A stretch of 64,000 nt of DNA from an uncultured Bacteroidia bacterium (GTDB lineage Bacteria; Bacteroidota; Bacteroidia; Bacteroidales; F082). The first letter of the stretch is position 1, and each line of letters opens with the position of its first letter. This document shows, one piece after another, positions 17,882 through 26,700 of this stretch. The DNA is taken from NCBI GenBank assembly GCA_902801815.1, contig CADCJT010000005.1:38099-102098 (forward strand). The letters are read 5' to 3'. The notes below the pieces were generated by a model, which worked only from the letters and a program-made list of their open reading frames with translations, ran no database searches and was not told the DNA's origin. The translations under genes were made by a program, and so were the position numbers.

Positions 17882-17938
17882 CAGCAGCCATGTCATGCCA
17901 ACGCGGGCATGTGCGACGGCGGGCATCTATGGCTGCGG
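17882..17938 (-). repeat. GC-rich palindromic repeat, full copy (inverted orientation)
   Basis: CAGCAGCCATGTCATGCCAACGCGGGCATGTGCGACGGCGGGCATCTATGGCTGCGG. Confidence 0.8.
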
Positions 17939-18234
17939 TTTTGTCTCCATTGTCCGGCAATAAGGAAAGAAGAGGATAGGCTTTCGCATACCCTAGGCAA
18001 GGAGTTGGCAAGGAGTTGGCAAGGTGTAGGCAAGGAGTTGGCATACTCAACCATACCCTTTGAGTATGGCTAGAGCGTAGGAAGGGCGAAGGAAAAGCGA
18101 GAGAAGCCTGTGCTGAGAAGCATTGATGGAGTGTTTGGCGGTGCGGGGAGTTTCGTGGAGGATGGTTTTTGGGTATTGAACTTGGAAAAATGAAAAAAAT
18201 AGCAGTAAAATGAAAATTATTCAAATTTATTGTC

Positions 18235-18242
18235 TATTTTTG
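18235..18242 (+). promoter_or_regulatory. -7 box TATTTTTG upstream of the AAA ATPase gene
   Basis: Perfect TAnnTTTG 28 nt before ATG 18270. Confidence 0.5.
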
Positions 18243-18269
18243 CAGGAAATCTACAAAATCAATAGTCAA

Positions 18270-19499
18270 ATGATACTCAAAATTGAATTTGAAAACTTCT
18301 TCTCGATAAAGGAGCGTATAAGAATTGATTTTAGGGCTGCCAACATCAACACTGCCCTTGCCCGTGAACTTAGCCATAATGTAATGGAGTGGAAAGGTGT
18401 GCCTATACTCAAGACAATAGGATTATTTGGCCCCAACGCATCAGGCAAGTCGAATATTCTAAAGGCTATCGTTTTTTGTTGCAGGATGGTTTTGGATTCC
18501 CATCAATATAATGAGGGTAAGATATTCGATTTCGAACCTTTTAAGTTTGATGGTTGGCAGGAGAAGCCAAGTAAGTTTCTTATTGATTTTGTTTGTGATA
18601 ATGTGGAATATGAGTATTCTTTTGAACTTACCCGTGAGCGCATCATCAGTGAGAGTTTGTATCATTATCCATTGGGCAGACGAGCAAAGATGTTCGAACG
18701 CAGGGCCGGTGACAAGTATAGTTTTGGCACAGGCATCATGGCAAAGCCGTCGGACGTGGCAGTTAACACCAGTGAGAAGAACCTCTTCCTTAGCCGAGCC
18801 AGTTCCATGAATCGCGAGTTTGCACAAAAGCTCTATCGCTATTTCCTAAACCAGTTCCTGCTTGGATTGGTGAATGTAAATGACATGGTGGTATTGGATA
18901 ATTTCAACACCTATAAGCCGCTAATTCTCAAGGCACTTGAAATATGCGATACGGATATTACCGACATCGAGGCAAGGACAGAACAAGTTCCAGCTCCTGT
19001 TGTCGTTCCTGGTCAACAAGAACTGTCATATAGATTGGTAGACGTTCTCCGCTTTAAGACATTTCATCGTTATCAGAAGGATGTTATGTTTGACATGGAC
19101 ATGGAAGAGTCTAACGGAACAAGGAAACTATTCCAAATACTTATTCGACTTCTTGATGTGGTCAGGAACAAGAAAAGCATACTGATGGATGAATTTGACA
19201 TGGGGCTACACACGCGTTTGGCCGATTTCGTTCTCGACTTGATCCATGCTTCAGAAAGCAGTCAGTTGTTGTTTACCTCACACAACACGAACCTCATTGA
19301 CGTAAAAAGATTGAGACGTGACCAAATTGTGTTTGTCAACAAATCCGAAAATGGGGTTACGGAAGTTTATTCCTTGTACGACTTCAAGGATTTCCGTGAA
19401 AACATGGATGCAGAGAAGGGTTATATACAAGGCCGTTTCGATGCTATACCTTATGTAGACTCGTCTGTTGAGAGTGTCCAACAATTGCTGGAGGGTTAA
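18270..19499 (+). CDS. AAA_21/ABC-type ATPase (RloA/AbiLi-like, defence-associated)
   Basis: Start set at MILKIEFENFFSIKE, after the promoter. Walker A GLFGPNASGKSNILKAI, Walker B ILMDEFDMGLH, LLFTSHNTNL. Confidence 0.8.
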   Translation: MILKIEFENFFSIKERIRIDFRAANINTALARELSHNVMEWKGVPILKTIGLFGPNASGKSNILKAIVFCCRMVLDSHQYNEGKIFDFEPFKFDGWQEKPSKFLIDFVCDNVEYEYSFELTRERIISESLYHYPLGRRAKMFERRAGDKYSFGTGIMAKPSDVAVNTSEKNLFLSRASSMNREFAQKLYRYFLNQFLLGLVNVNDMVVLDNFNTYKPLILKALEICDTDITDIEARTEQVPAPVVVPGQQELSYRLVDVLRFKTFHRYQKDVMFDMDMEESNGTRKLFQILIRLLDVVRNKKSILMDEFDMGLHTRLADFVLDLIHASESSQLLFTSHNTNLIDVKRLRRDQIVFVNKSENGVTEVYSLYDFKDFRENMDAEKGYIQGRFDAIPYVDSSVESVQQLLEG

Positions 19500-19501
19500 C
19501 C

Positions 19502-19707
19502 ATGGCAAGTAAAAGAGAAAAGGCTCCGTCGAAAAGAATGCGTAGAATTGCGCTTGTTATTTGTGAAGGATGACGCTGTTATTGTAAGCCAGCACGCCAG
19601 ACTTCGAGAACATGGCGAAAGTCATAGAATGGGCGAAAAGGATGGAGGATTACAAGAATTCTTCTTTTTCGGTTTATCGGTTGATTGAGGGGATGGAGAA
19701 GGGATAA
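19502..19707 (+). pseudogene. Remnant of an RloB-like partner gene (N-terminal 23 codons then a stop; a C-terminal tail in another frame)
   Basis: The ATG is 2 nt after the ATPase stop. It encodes MASKREKAPSKRMRRIALVICEG*, and RloB proteins begin ...R-(I/L)L(I/V)VCEGEKTE. 19612-19707 reads NMAKVIEWAKRMEDYKNSSFSVYRLIEGMEKG*. Confidence 0.45.
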
Positions 19708-19749
19708 ATTCCACTTTTGCAATATCTTGTGAGAGACTGAAAAATTGTT

Positions 19750-19757
19750 TATTTTTG
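19750..19757 (+). promoter_or_regulatory. -7 box TATTTTTG; putative promoter of the six-gene HNH/MTase-HIT/jetABCD operon
   Basis: Perfect TAnnTTTG. No other intergenic space exists until 28248. Confidence 0.5.
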
Positions 19758-19783
19758 CGTCAAATTATGAAGGGAGAAATACT

Positions 19784-20842
19784 GTGTTATTACCGCAAAA
19801 TAAAGAATTATCAGTTTCAAGATTATCGGGAGTTTTTGATAAAACGGTTGCGACATACAAGTTCTATTGGTTTGTGTCGTTGCTTGATATTGTGGTGAAA
19901 GAACGGAAGACAAAGATGTCATTATGGGAAATCATTGCAGGAATGGTGGCGGAATCATGGTATCCGATTCACTATTTCAAACTATCATTCGGCAAATCCG
20001 ATTCGCTTTATGTCCAGTCGATGGCTTTACAGCAGGAATTTGGCATTTCGATAGACGCTGATAGAACAAGAATCAAACGGATTTTACTCGACAACATTGA
20101 TAACAGTCGTACAAAGAGCTTGTTGCGAGTTTTCACGCTAAATGTTCCGTATCGTTTTTTGTCGCCTTGGATAACATATACAACAGATAATGATGTGGTG
20201 TCTCGTTCCCAGCGATTTGAAAACAATTGTTTATATGCTATTAGTGGCGAAACAATTGAACTTAATCCCGTATGGAGAGATTACTTGATGGAACATTACG
20301 GTATTTTACGCGATTTTGCATTCTGGAACTTGGCCGTTTTCCTCCAGAAACGTAATCCAAATGTTCCCGATGTTCCTTCAAAACTGATAAAGCCGATTTT
20401 GCGCGATTCATTGACACGTCAGCATAAGTTTTGGGATGCATATATTGAAACCGTTGGTTCAATTCACTGTATATATACCGACAAACCATTGGCTATTAAA
20501 GGCTATGATTTAGACCACTTTATTCCATGGAGTTTTGTGTCACACAATTTGTTATGGAATTTATTACCAGCTGATTCGAGCATTAATTCGTCGAAGAGCA
20601 ACAACCTGCCGTCTTTAGAAAAGTATTTGAAACCATACGCGAATTTGCATCATGAGGCTTTGAAAACCCTTTATCCAAAGAAACCTACTGACAAGATTTT
20701 TGAGGATTATCTTACGGTCTATGATTCAGTTCCAGAATTGATTCGTCTAACTGATGATGATTTTTGTAATGTATTTCAGAGAACTTTTTCGCCAATGGTG
20801 CAAATTGCTGAAAATATGGGATTTAATTATTGGAAAACATGA
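19784..20842 (+). CDS. HNH (beta-beta-alpha-Me) endonuclease with a large uncharacterised N-terminal domain
   Basis: YDLDHFIPWSFVSHNLLWNLLPADSSINSSKSNNLP is a Cas9/McrA-type HNH motif. The ~250-aa N-terminus (LSGVFDKTVATYKFYWFVSLLDIV...) is unrecognised. The start is uncertain: GTG 19784 lies downstream of the promoter, while the ORF-track TTG 19745 lies upstream of the -7 box. Confidence 0.72.
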   Translation: MLLPQNKELSVSRLSGVFDKTVATYKFYWFVSLLDIVVKERKTKMSLWEIIAGMVAESWYPIHYFKLSFGKSDSLYVQSMALQQEFGISIDADRTRIKRILLDNIDNSRTKSLLRVFTLNVPYRFLSPWITYTTDNDVVSRSQRFENNCLYAISGETIELNPVWRDYLMEHYGILRDFAFWNLAVFLQKRNPNVPDVPSKLIKPILRDSLTRQHKFWDAYIETVGSIHCIYTDKPLAIKGYDLDHFIPWSFVSHNLLWNLLPADSSINSSKSNNLPSLEKYLKPYANLHHEALKTLYPKKPTDKIFEDYLTVYDSVPELIRLTDDDFCNVFQRTFSPMVQIAENMGFNYWKT

Positions 20843-21711
20843 AAACAATCAAAAACAATCCTCATTTGACGGCCAAAGAACGCACATCGATTTCGTTCCC
20901 GACACGCTGGCTCAAACAAAATAACCTTCTGAAAGGCGAGATTTTGGATTTCGGCTGTGGATTTGGTTTTGATACGGACGAACTTCAAAAGGAAGGTTTC
21001 GATATTGTAGGGTATGACAATTATTACCGTCCCGAATTTCCGACAAAGCATTTTGACACCATCATTTGCAATTATGTTCTGAATGTACTTGAGCCCAAAG
21101 AACAGGCACAGGTGCTGATGGAAGTTTCGGAGCTGCTCAAGCCAAATGGAACTGCTTATTTCACCGTTCGCCGTGATATAAAATACGAAGGATTCAGAAC
21201 CCATTATGTTCACAAACAACCCACATATCAGTGCAATGTTGTGTTGCCCTATAAAAGTCTGTTCCTCAACGAGAATTGTGAGATATACGAATACAAGCAT
21301 TTTAATAGAACCAGCTACAAAGAGAAATACACATTATCAAGCGGATGCCCGTTTTGCAAATTGAATTCCAAGGTTGAATTAGTTTGTGAAACTGCAACGG
21401 CCGTGGCGTTTTTTGATGGATACCCAGTGAGCAAAGGGCATACATTAATAATACCCAAGCGCCATGTGGCTAACTATTTTGATTTAACATATGGAGAGCA
21501 ACAAGATTTGTGGCAAATGGTGAACCATTGCAAGACTATATTAGAAAAGCGATTTAACCCTGATGGATTCAATGTTGGAATCAATGTAAACCAAGCTGCT
21601 GGTCAGAGTGTGTTTCATGTGCATATACATTTGATACCTCGTTACAATGGTGATGTTGAGAATCCTAAAGGCGGGGTTAGAGGGGTGATAAAGGAAAAAC
21701 AAATTTATTGA
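20830..21711 (+). CDS. Fusion protein: class I SAM-dependent methyltransferase (N-terminal) plus HIT-family histidine-triad nucleotide hydrolase/transferase (C-terminal)
   Basis: Motif I ILDFGCGFGFD, post-I DIVGYD and ICNYVLNVLEPKEQAQVL...LKPNGTAYFTV, then CPFCKL...GHTLIIPKRHV...AGQSVFHVHIHLIPR (HxHxHxx). It overlaps the HNH gene by 13 nt. Confidence 0.8.
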   Translation: MENMKTIKNNPHLTAKERTSISFPTRWLKQNNLLKGEILDFGCGFGFDTDELQKEGFDIVGYDNYYRPEFPTKHFDTIICNYVLNVLEPKEQAQVLMEVSELLKPNGTAYFTVRRDIKYEGFRTHYVHKQPTYQCNVVLPYKSLFLNENCEIYEYKHFNRTSYKEKYTLSSGCPFCKLNSKVELVCETATAVAFFDGYPVSKGHTLIIPKRHVANYFDLTYGEQQDLWQMVNHCKTILEKRFNPDGFNVGINVNQAAGQSVFHVHIHLIPRYNGDVENPKGGVRGVIKEKQIY

Positions 21712-21712
21712 A

Positions 21713-23170
21713 ATGAAACGGCAAGGCAGTATTATAGAAATATTAAATAATTCACCAAGCATTGCATTGTTGCGTGCAAGAAGTTGTAATATCATACTCG
21801 AATTCTTTACAATTGTCTTTGATAACTCAGCGGCTATTTCTCTCGAAAACATTCATTGTCAATTGGCGGATTTCCTAAACGATCATGGTGTTGAGGTCGA
21901 TGAAGAAAATGACATTCAGTTTTCTGACACGTATGAGGAAAAAGCGGCAAAATACATCAAACGATGGACAGACAGCGGCTTCTTGACAAATTATAGAAAT
22001 GAAGATGGTGAGATTTATTATGAGCTATCATCTCATTCAAGTAAAGTTATTGATTGGCTGTCAGGATTGAAGCAAGAAGAATATATTGGCACGGAGTCAA
22101 AGTTTAAATCAATTATTACTCAGTTGAAAGAATTGGTGGAATTCACCAACGAAGACAGGGGAAAGCGCCTGCAATTGTTGGAAGATAAGAAACAAGAAAT
22201 TGAATATCAGATTCAGCAATTGCAGTTGGGAGAGGATGTCAAAGTTTTTGAGGAATACGAGATTGTGCCTAGATTTCAACAAATCAACAAACAAGCAAAA
22301 GAACTGTTGACTGATTTCAAAGACGTTGACGACAACTTCAAGGCTATTATCAAGGAGATTTATCAGAAACAGATTGACCAGACGTTGAATAAAGGCAGTA
22401 TTCTTCAATACACTTTTGATGCACTGGATGAATTGAAATCCAGCTCACAAGGCAAGAGCTTCTATGCTTTTTGGGAGTTTCTGTTGGCGCGTGAAATGCA
22501 GTCGGAGTTAGATGCTCTTGTTTCGGAGCTTTTCCAAACACTAAATAAAAAGAATATTGATAGTAGTGACACCTTCCTGAAAAACATGGTGGAATATCTG
22601 TACGATTCTGGAAGGAAAGTGTATCAGACCAACGACAAGATGGCTGACAAACTAAGCCGTATCATCCGCGAAAGTGAGATGGCACGTTCAGATATGGCCA
22701 AGCGTGTTGTTCAGGAAATTAAGAATACGCTAATTGATATTTCTAAGAAAAGACATAAACCGGACATTTCATTGACAGTTGATGCCGGAATGGAGATTAG
22801 TATCCCCTTTGACAGACAGATTACTTTCGAACAGGATGAGGATACTGAATATGCATTTAATCCTGAATCTGGCAATTTGTCAATAGATGAGTTTGGTGAG
22901 TTGGGCAAAGTATTTGGCAATGTACACGTTGACCGTAAGGTGTTGGAGAGGAATATACGTGAGGCAATGAATGACAAGAGCCAAATAGCGTTATCAGATG
23001 TCATTGAGCAATATCCGTTGAAACAAGGTCTATCAGAATTATTTGCCTACTTTGGAGTATTAAGGCAATTTCCTCACAATTCAATCAACGAAGAAAAGCG
23101 TCAGGCCATAATGTTTGATTATAAGAACAATAAACGAATTCTGATTCCAGAAATAATCATTTCGCTATGA
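21713..23170 (+). CDS. jetA: Wadjet JetA (DUF3375-type kleisin-like subunit)
   Basis: 485 aa. N-terminus SPSIALLRARSCNIILEFFTIVFDN fits the DUF3375 pattern. Operon position and sizes match JetABCD. Confidence 0.82.
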   Translation: MKRQGSIIEILNNSPSIALLRARSCNIILEFFTIVFDNSAAISLENIHCQLADFLNDHGVEVDEENDIQFSDTYEEKAAKYIKRWTDSGFLTNYRNEDGEIYYELSSHSSKVIDWLSGLKQEEYIGTESKFKSIITQLKELVEFTNEDRGKRLQLLEDKKQEIEYQIQQLQLGEDVKVFEEYEIVPRFQQINKQAKELLTDFKDVDDNFKAIIKEIYQKQIDQTLNKGSILQYTFDALDELKSSSQGKSFYAFWEFLLAREMQSELDALVSELFQTLNKKNIDSSDTFLKNMVEYLYDSGRKVYQTNDKMADKLSRIIRESEMARSDMAKRVVQEIKNTLIDISKKRHKPDISLTVDAGMEISIPFDRQITFEQDEDTEYAFNPESGNLSIDEFGELGKVFGNVHVDRKVLERNIREAMNDKSQIALSDVIEQYPLKQGLSELFAYFGVLRQFPHNSINEEKRQAIMFDYKNNKRILIPEIIISL

Positions 23171-23736
23171 ACGAGCAGAAACCATATTCGAAAGCAATCA
23201 TCCTTTTACTAAAGAAAACCGTTGAAAAAGGTTCGCCGGTTTGGGATGACATCATAAACTATCAGATAGAGATTCAGGAATATTTGGCAGTTATAGGACT
23301 GGAATTGATTTTGAAAAAAGAAGAGGGTTTTGCCTTCGTAAAACAAATTGTGTTTGATGACAATGCCACATTGAATCTAGTTTCCAGACGGCAATTAGGA
23401 TTCGAGGTTTCCATTGTGGTAATTGTACTTCGCCAGATTCTGGAGGATTACGACAACAACCCCGTGGAAACCCAATCGGTGGACAGAATCATAACTAACA
23501 ATGAGATAAAAGATGAAGTTCGGTTGTTTTTGCCCGAGAATTTCAACAAGGTAAAACTTGAAAAAGACTTGGACCGATATATACAGACTGTGGCTGATTT
23601 GGGCTTTTTGAAAGAAGTGAAACGTAATGGCGATGAAGTGCGTTACAAGATTCACCGTATCATCAAAGAAAAAGTAACACTCGAAGATTTGGACGTATTC
23701 AAGAAAAATTTGGAAGAGTATGCAGGAACAATATGA
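23167..23736 (+). CDS. jetB: Wadjet JetB (DUF4194-type KITE-like subunit)
   Basis: 189 aa. AIILLLKKTVEKGSPVWDDI...EYLAVIGLELILKKEEGFAFVKQ. ATGA overlap with jetA. Confidence 0.82.
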   Translation: MNEQKPYSKAIILLLKKTVEKGSPVWDDIINYQIEIQEYLAVIGLELILKKEEGFAFVKQIVFDDNATLNLVSRRQLGFEVSIVVIVLRQILEDYDNNPVETQSVDRIITNNEIKDEVRLFLPENFNKVKLEKDLDRYIQTVADLGFLKEVKRNGDEVRYKIHRIIKEKVTLEDLDVFKKNLEEYAGTI

Positions 23737-26700
23737 TTTGTTTACAACCAATGCCGGAACTGCTGGCTATCGGTTGAACTATATGGAAATATATAACTGG
23801 GGTACGTTCAACAACCGAATATTTCGGATTGCTCCAGAAGGTAACAATACGCTGTTGACGGGTGCTAACGCTTCTGGCAAGAGTACCCTAATAGATGCAC
23901 TACTGACATTACTTGTGCCAGCTAAGAAAGACAGATTCTACAACCAGTCATCTGGAAATGAGCGAAAAGGAGATAGAACGGAAGAGACCTACGTTCTTGG
24001 CAATTATGGTAATATACAGGCTGAAGGCGAAATGTCAACCAAGACGCAACAGCTCCGTGATAAAAAGACCTATTCGGTTTTGCTGGCTTCGTTTACTAAC
24101 AATCATGACAATGTGGTGACTTTGTTTCAAGTGCGTTGGTTTGTAAATGGTGAGATGAAATGTTCATATGGATTCTCATCGATGCCGCTATCCATTGGCA
24201 AGGATTTCTCGGGCTTTAATGGTAACAAAGGTGACTGGAAAAAAATGTTGGAGAAACACTATAATGGTAATATGCCGAAAAAACAGATAGAGTTTTATGA
24301 CACTATAAAGGACTATAAAGATAGAATTATTAGTGCATTCGGACTTCGATCTGACAAGGCACTCATACTATTCAACCAAATAATTGGAGTGAAGGTCCTG
24401 AACGATTTGGACGAATTCATCCGCAATAATATGCTTGAACAACGCGATTCGGAAAGCGAATATATTCGTCTGAGTGAGAGTTTTGCCACTTTGATGGAGG
24501 CCAAGACAACCATTGATAAGGTTAAAGAACAGATAGCTCAGTTGGAACCGATAGATGAGAAAGCTAAGAAACTGGAGAAAATAGAATCGACACTAAAGGA
24601 TTTGCAAAACACTCGGGACATGGCCGTGTATTGGTTTGCCCAAAAGAATGTTGAACTAGCGAACGCACGTATAGCCAAACTAAATGAGAAATTAGTTGCC
24701 CTGAAGCAAGAACTTGAACAATTGAATCAAGAGAAAGAAGATCTGAAGAAAAAGGAAAGTGAACTGAGGTTCTCTATAGAAAGTGACGATGTCGGCAGGC
24801 AAATAAGAACGTTGAAAGATGAAATAAGTAGGCTAGAGCAAAAAAAGAAGACTCGCCAGTTTAAACTTGAAGAGTACAATAAGATGGCTCTTGAAGTGGG
24901 CTTCAGTAAGAATCCCACCGAGCGGGTTTTTTTTGAGAATCGAGAGAAGTCAAAAGAAAAAAGGGATGATTGTCAAAGAGATTTAGGAGAAAAAAATGAA
25001 GATTTGCGTCATGCGCTGAATGAAAAGGAACGTATAGAACAAGAGATAATAGAGAATACTGAAATTGTAAAGACTCTACTAAAGAATAAAAACAATATTT
25101 CTGGTCGAGAAGCTGAAATAAGAGAATTGATTTTGCAAGAGGTTGGAGCAGCGGCAAACGAAATTCCTTTTGTTGGTGAATTGATTCGTGTAAAGGATAG
25201 TGAAAAGGAGTGGGAAAACTCCATCGAGAAAATTCTGCACAATTTTGGCATACGCCTAATTGTGCCAGAGAAATATTATAAAGCCGTTAGTGAATTTGTC
25301 AACTCCAATAACCTGCGGGGGAAGATTGTGTATCATCGTTATGAGACATCATCATCGTTGAGAGGCTTTCAGAATCCACCTGCAAATTGCTTGTTGAACA
25401 AGCTGGAATTTAACACGAAAAGTCCTTATAGTAGTTGGGTTGAAGATGCCATTGCCGACCACTATAATTATGCTTGTGTTTCAGACTTGGATGAGTTCTA
25501 TCTTTACAAGGAAAAAGCTGTAACAATAGAGGGTCTAATTAAGTCCGTGCATAATAAGCACGAAAAAGACGACCGACCGAAGACAAGCAGTAGAGAAAAC
25601 TATGTTCTGGGGTGGGACAACAAGGAAAAAATAGCATCCATTCGTGCTATAGTAAAGAATTTGCAGAACCAGCAAACTCAAAACAAGGAGGCTATCCGTA
25701 AGATTAAGGCTGAAATTGATACAATTGAAAAACGAAAAGAAATATATGATGATATTTTCAAACTATTTTCTAGATTTGAGGAGGTAAATTGGGAAGAGAC
25801 CGCAAGATTTATTCAAGAAAAAGAAGACAGAAAGAAAGAGCTTGAGACGACTAACGACAAGGTAAAAGCTCTGCAAAGACAACTGGAAATTGTTCAAGGA
25901 GATTTATCGAAATTGGAAAAAGAAACTATTGTCGAAAAAAATGGCGAAATCTTCCAAATAGAAAAAGTTGATTTAGTGAATGCTAACAAAAGGTTGTCAG
26001 AAAACAAGCCAATACTTGATAACCTTGGGATTATCGATGTCGCTGTCTTTGAAGAAAACAATATAACTTGGCTCGATGTAACTTTCGAAACAATTGAATC
26101 GAAAAAGACGGCTCTCCAGTCGGACATTATGCAGAAAGAAGATACTGCGAAATCTGAGAAAGCAAGTGTCGAAGGAGAGACTGCCGACCTGATAAGGAAA
26201 TTCAAAAACCCATCAGAAGAAATTATCCAAAGATTCAAGGATTGGCGTTCCGACGTTCATACCTTGCCAGAAGCAAGTAGCATCAACCTGATTGGTGAAT
26301 ACCAGAAGTTCTATAATAGGCTGGTAAAAGAGGATCTTGTGCGTCATGAAAAAAAGTTTGATGAATACCTCCAAGAAACAGTAACGAATAAAGTCTCAGC
26401 TTTCAGGATGTTTTTCAACAATTGGGAAAAGTCAATTAGAGAAACGATTGAAATGCTGAACAAATCGCTTTATGGAATAGACTTCAACACATCTCCTGTG
26501 ACATATATCCAACTGGTCAACTCTAAACGTTTTAATCCAGAAATAGCGGACTTCAGGAGAGAGCTTGACAATGCAATTCCAAATATCCATGAAACCAATG
26601 CAACCATTGACGGTAAACGTGTCCATTTTGAACAAAAGATACAACCTCTTATGGAACATCTTAAAAACGAACAATGGAGACGTAAAGTGATGGATGTAAG

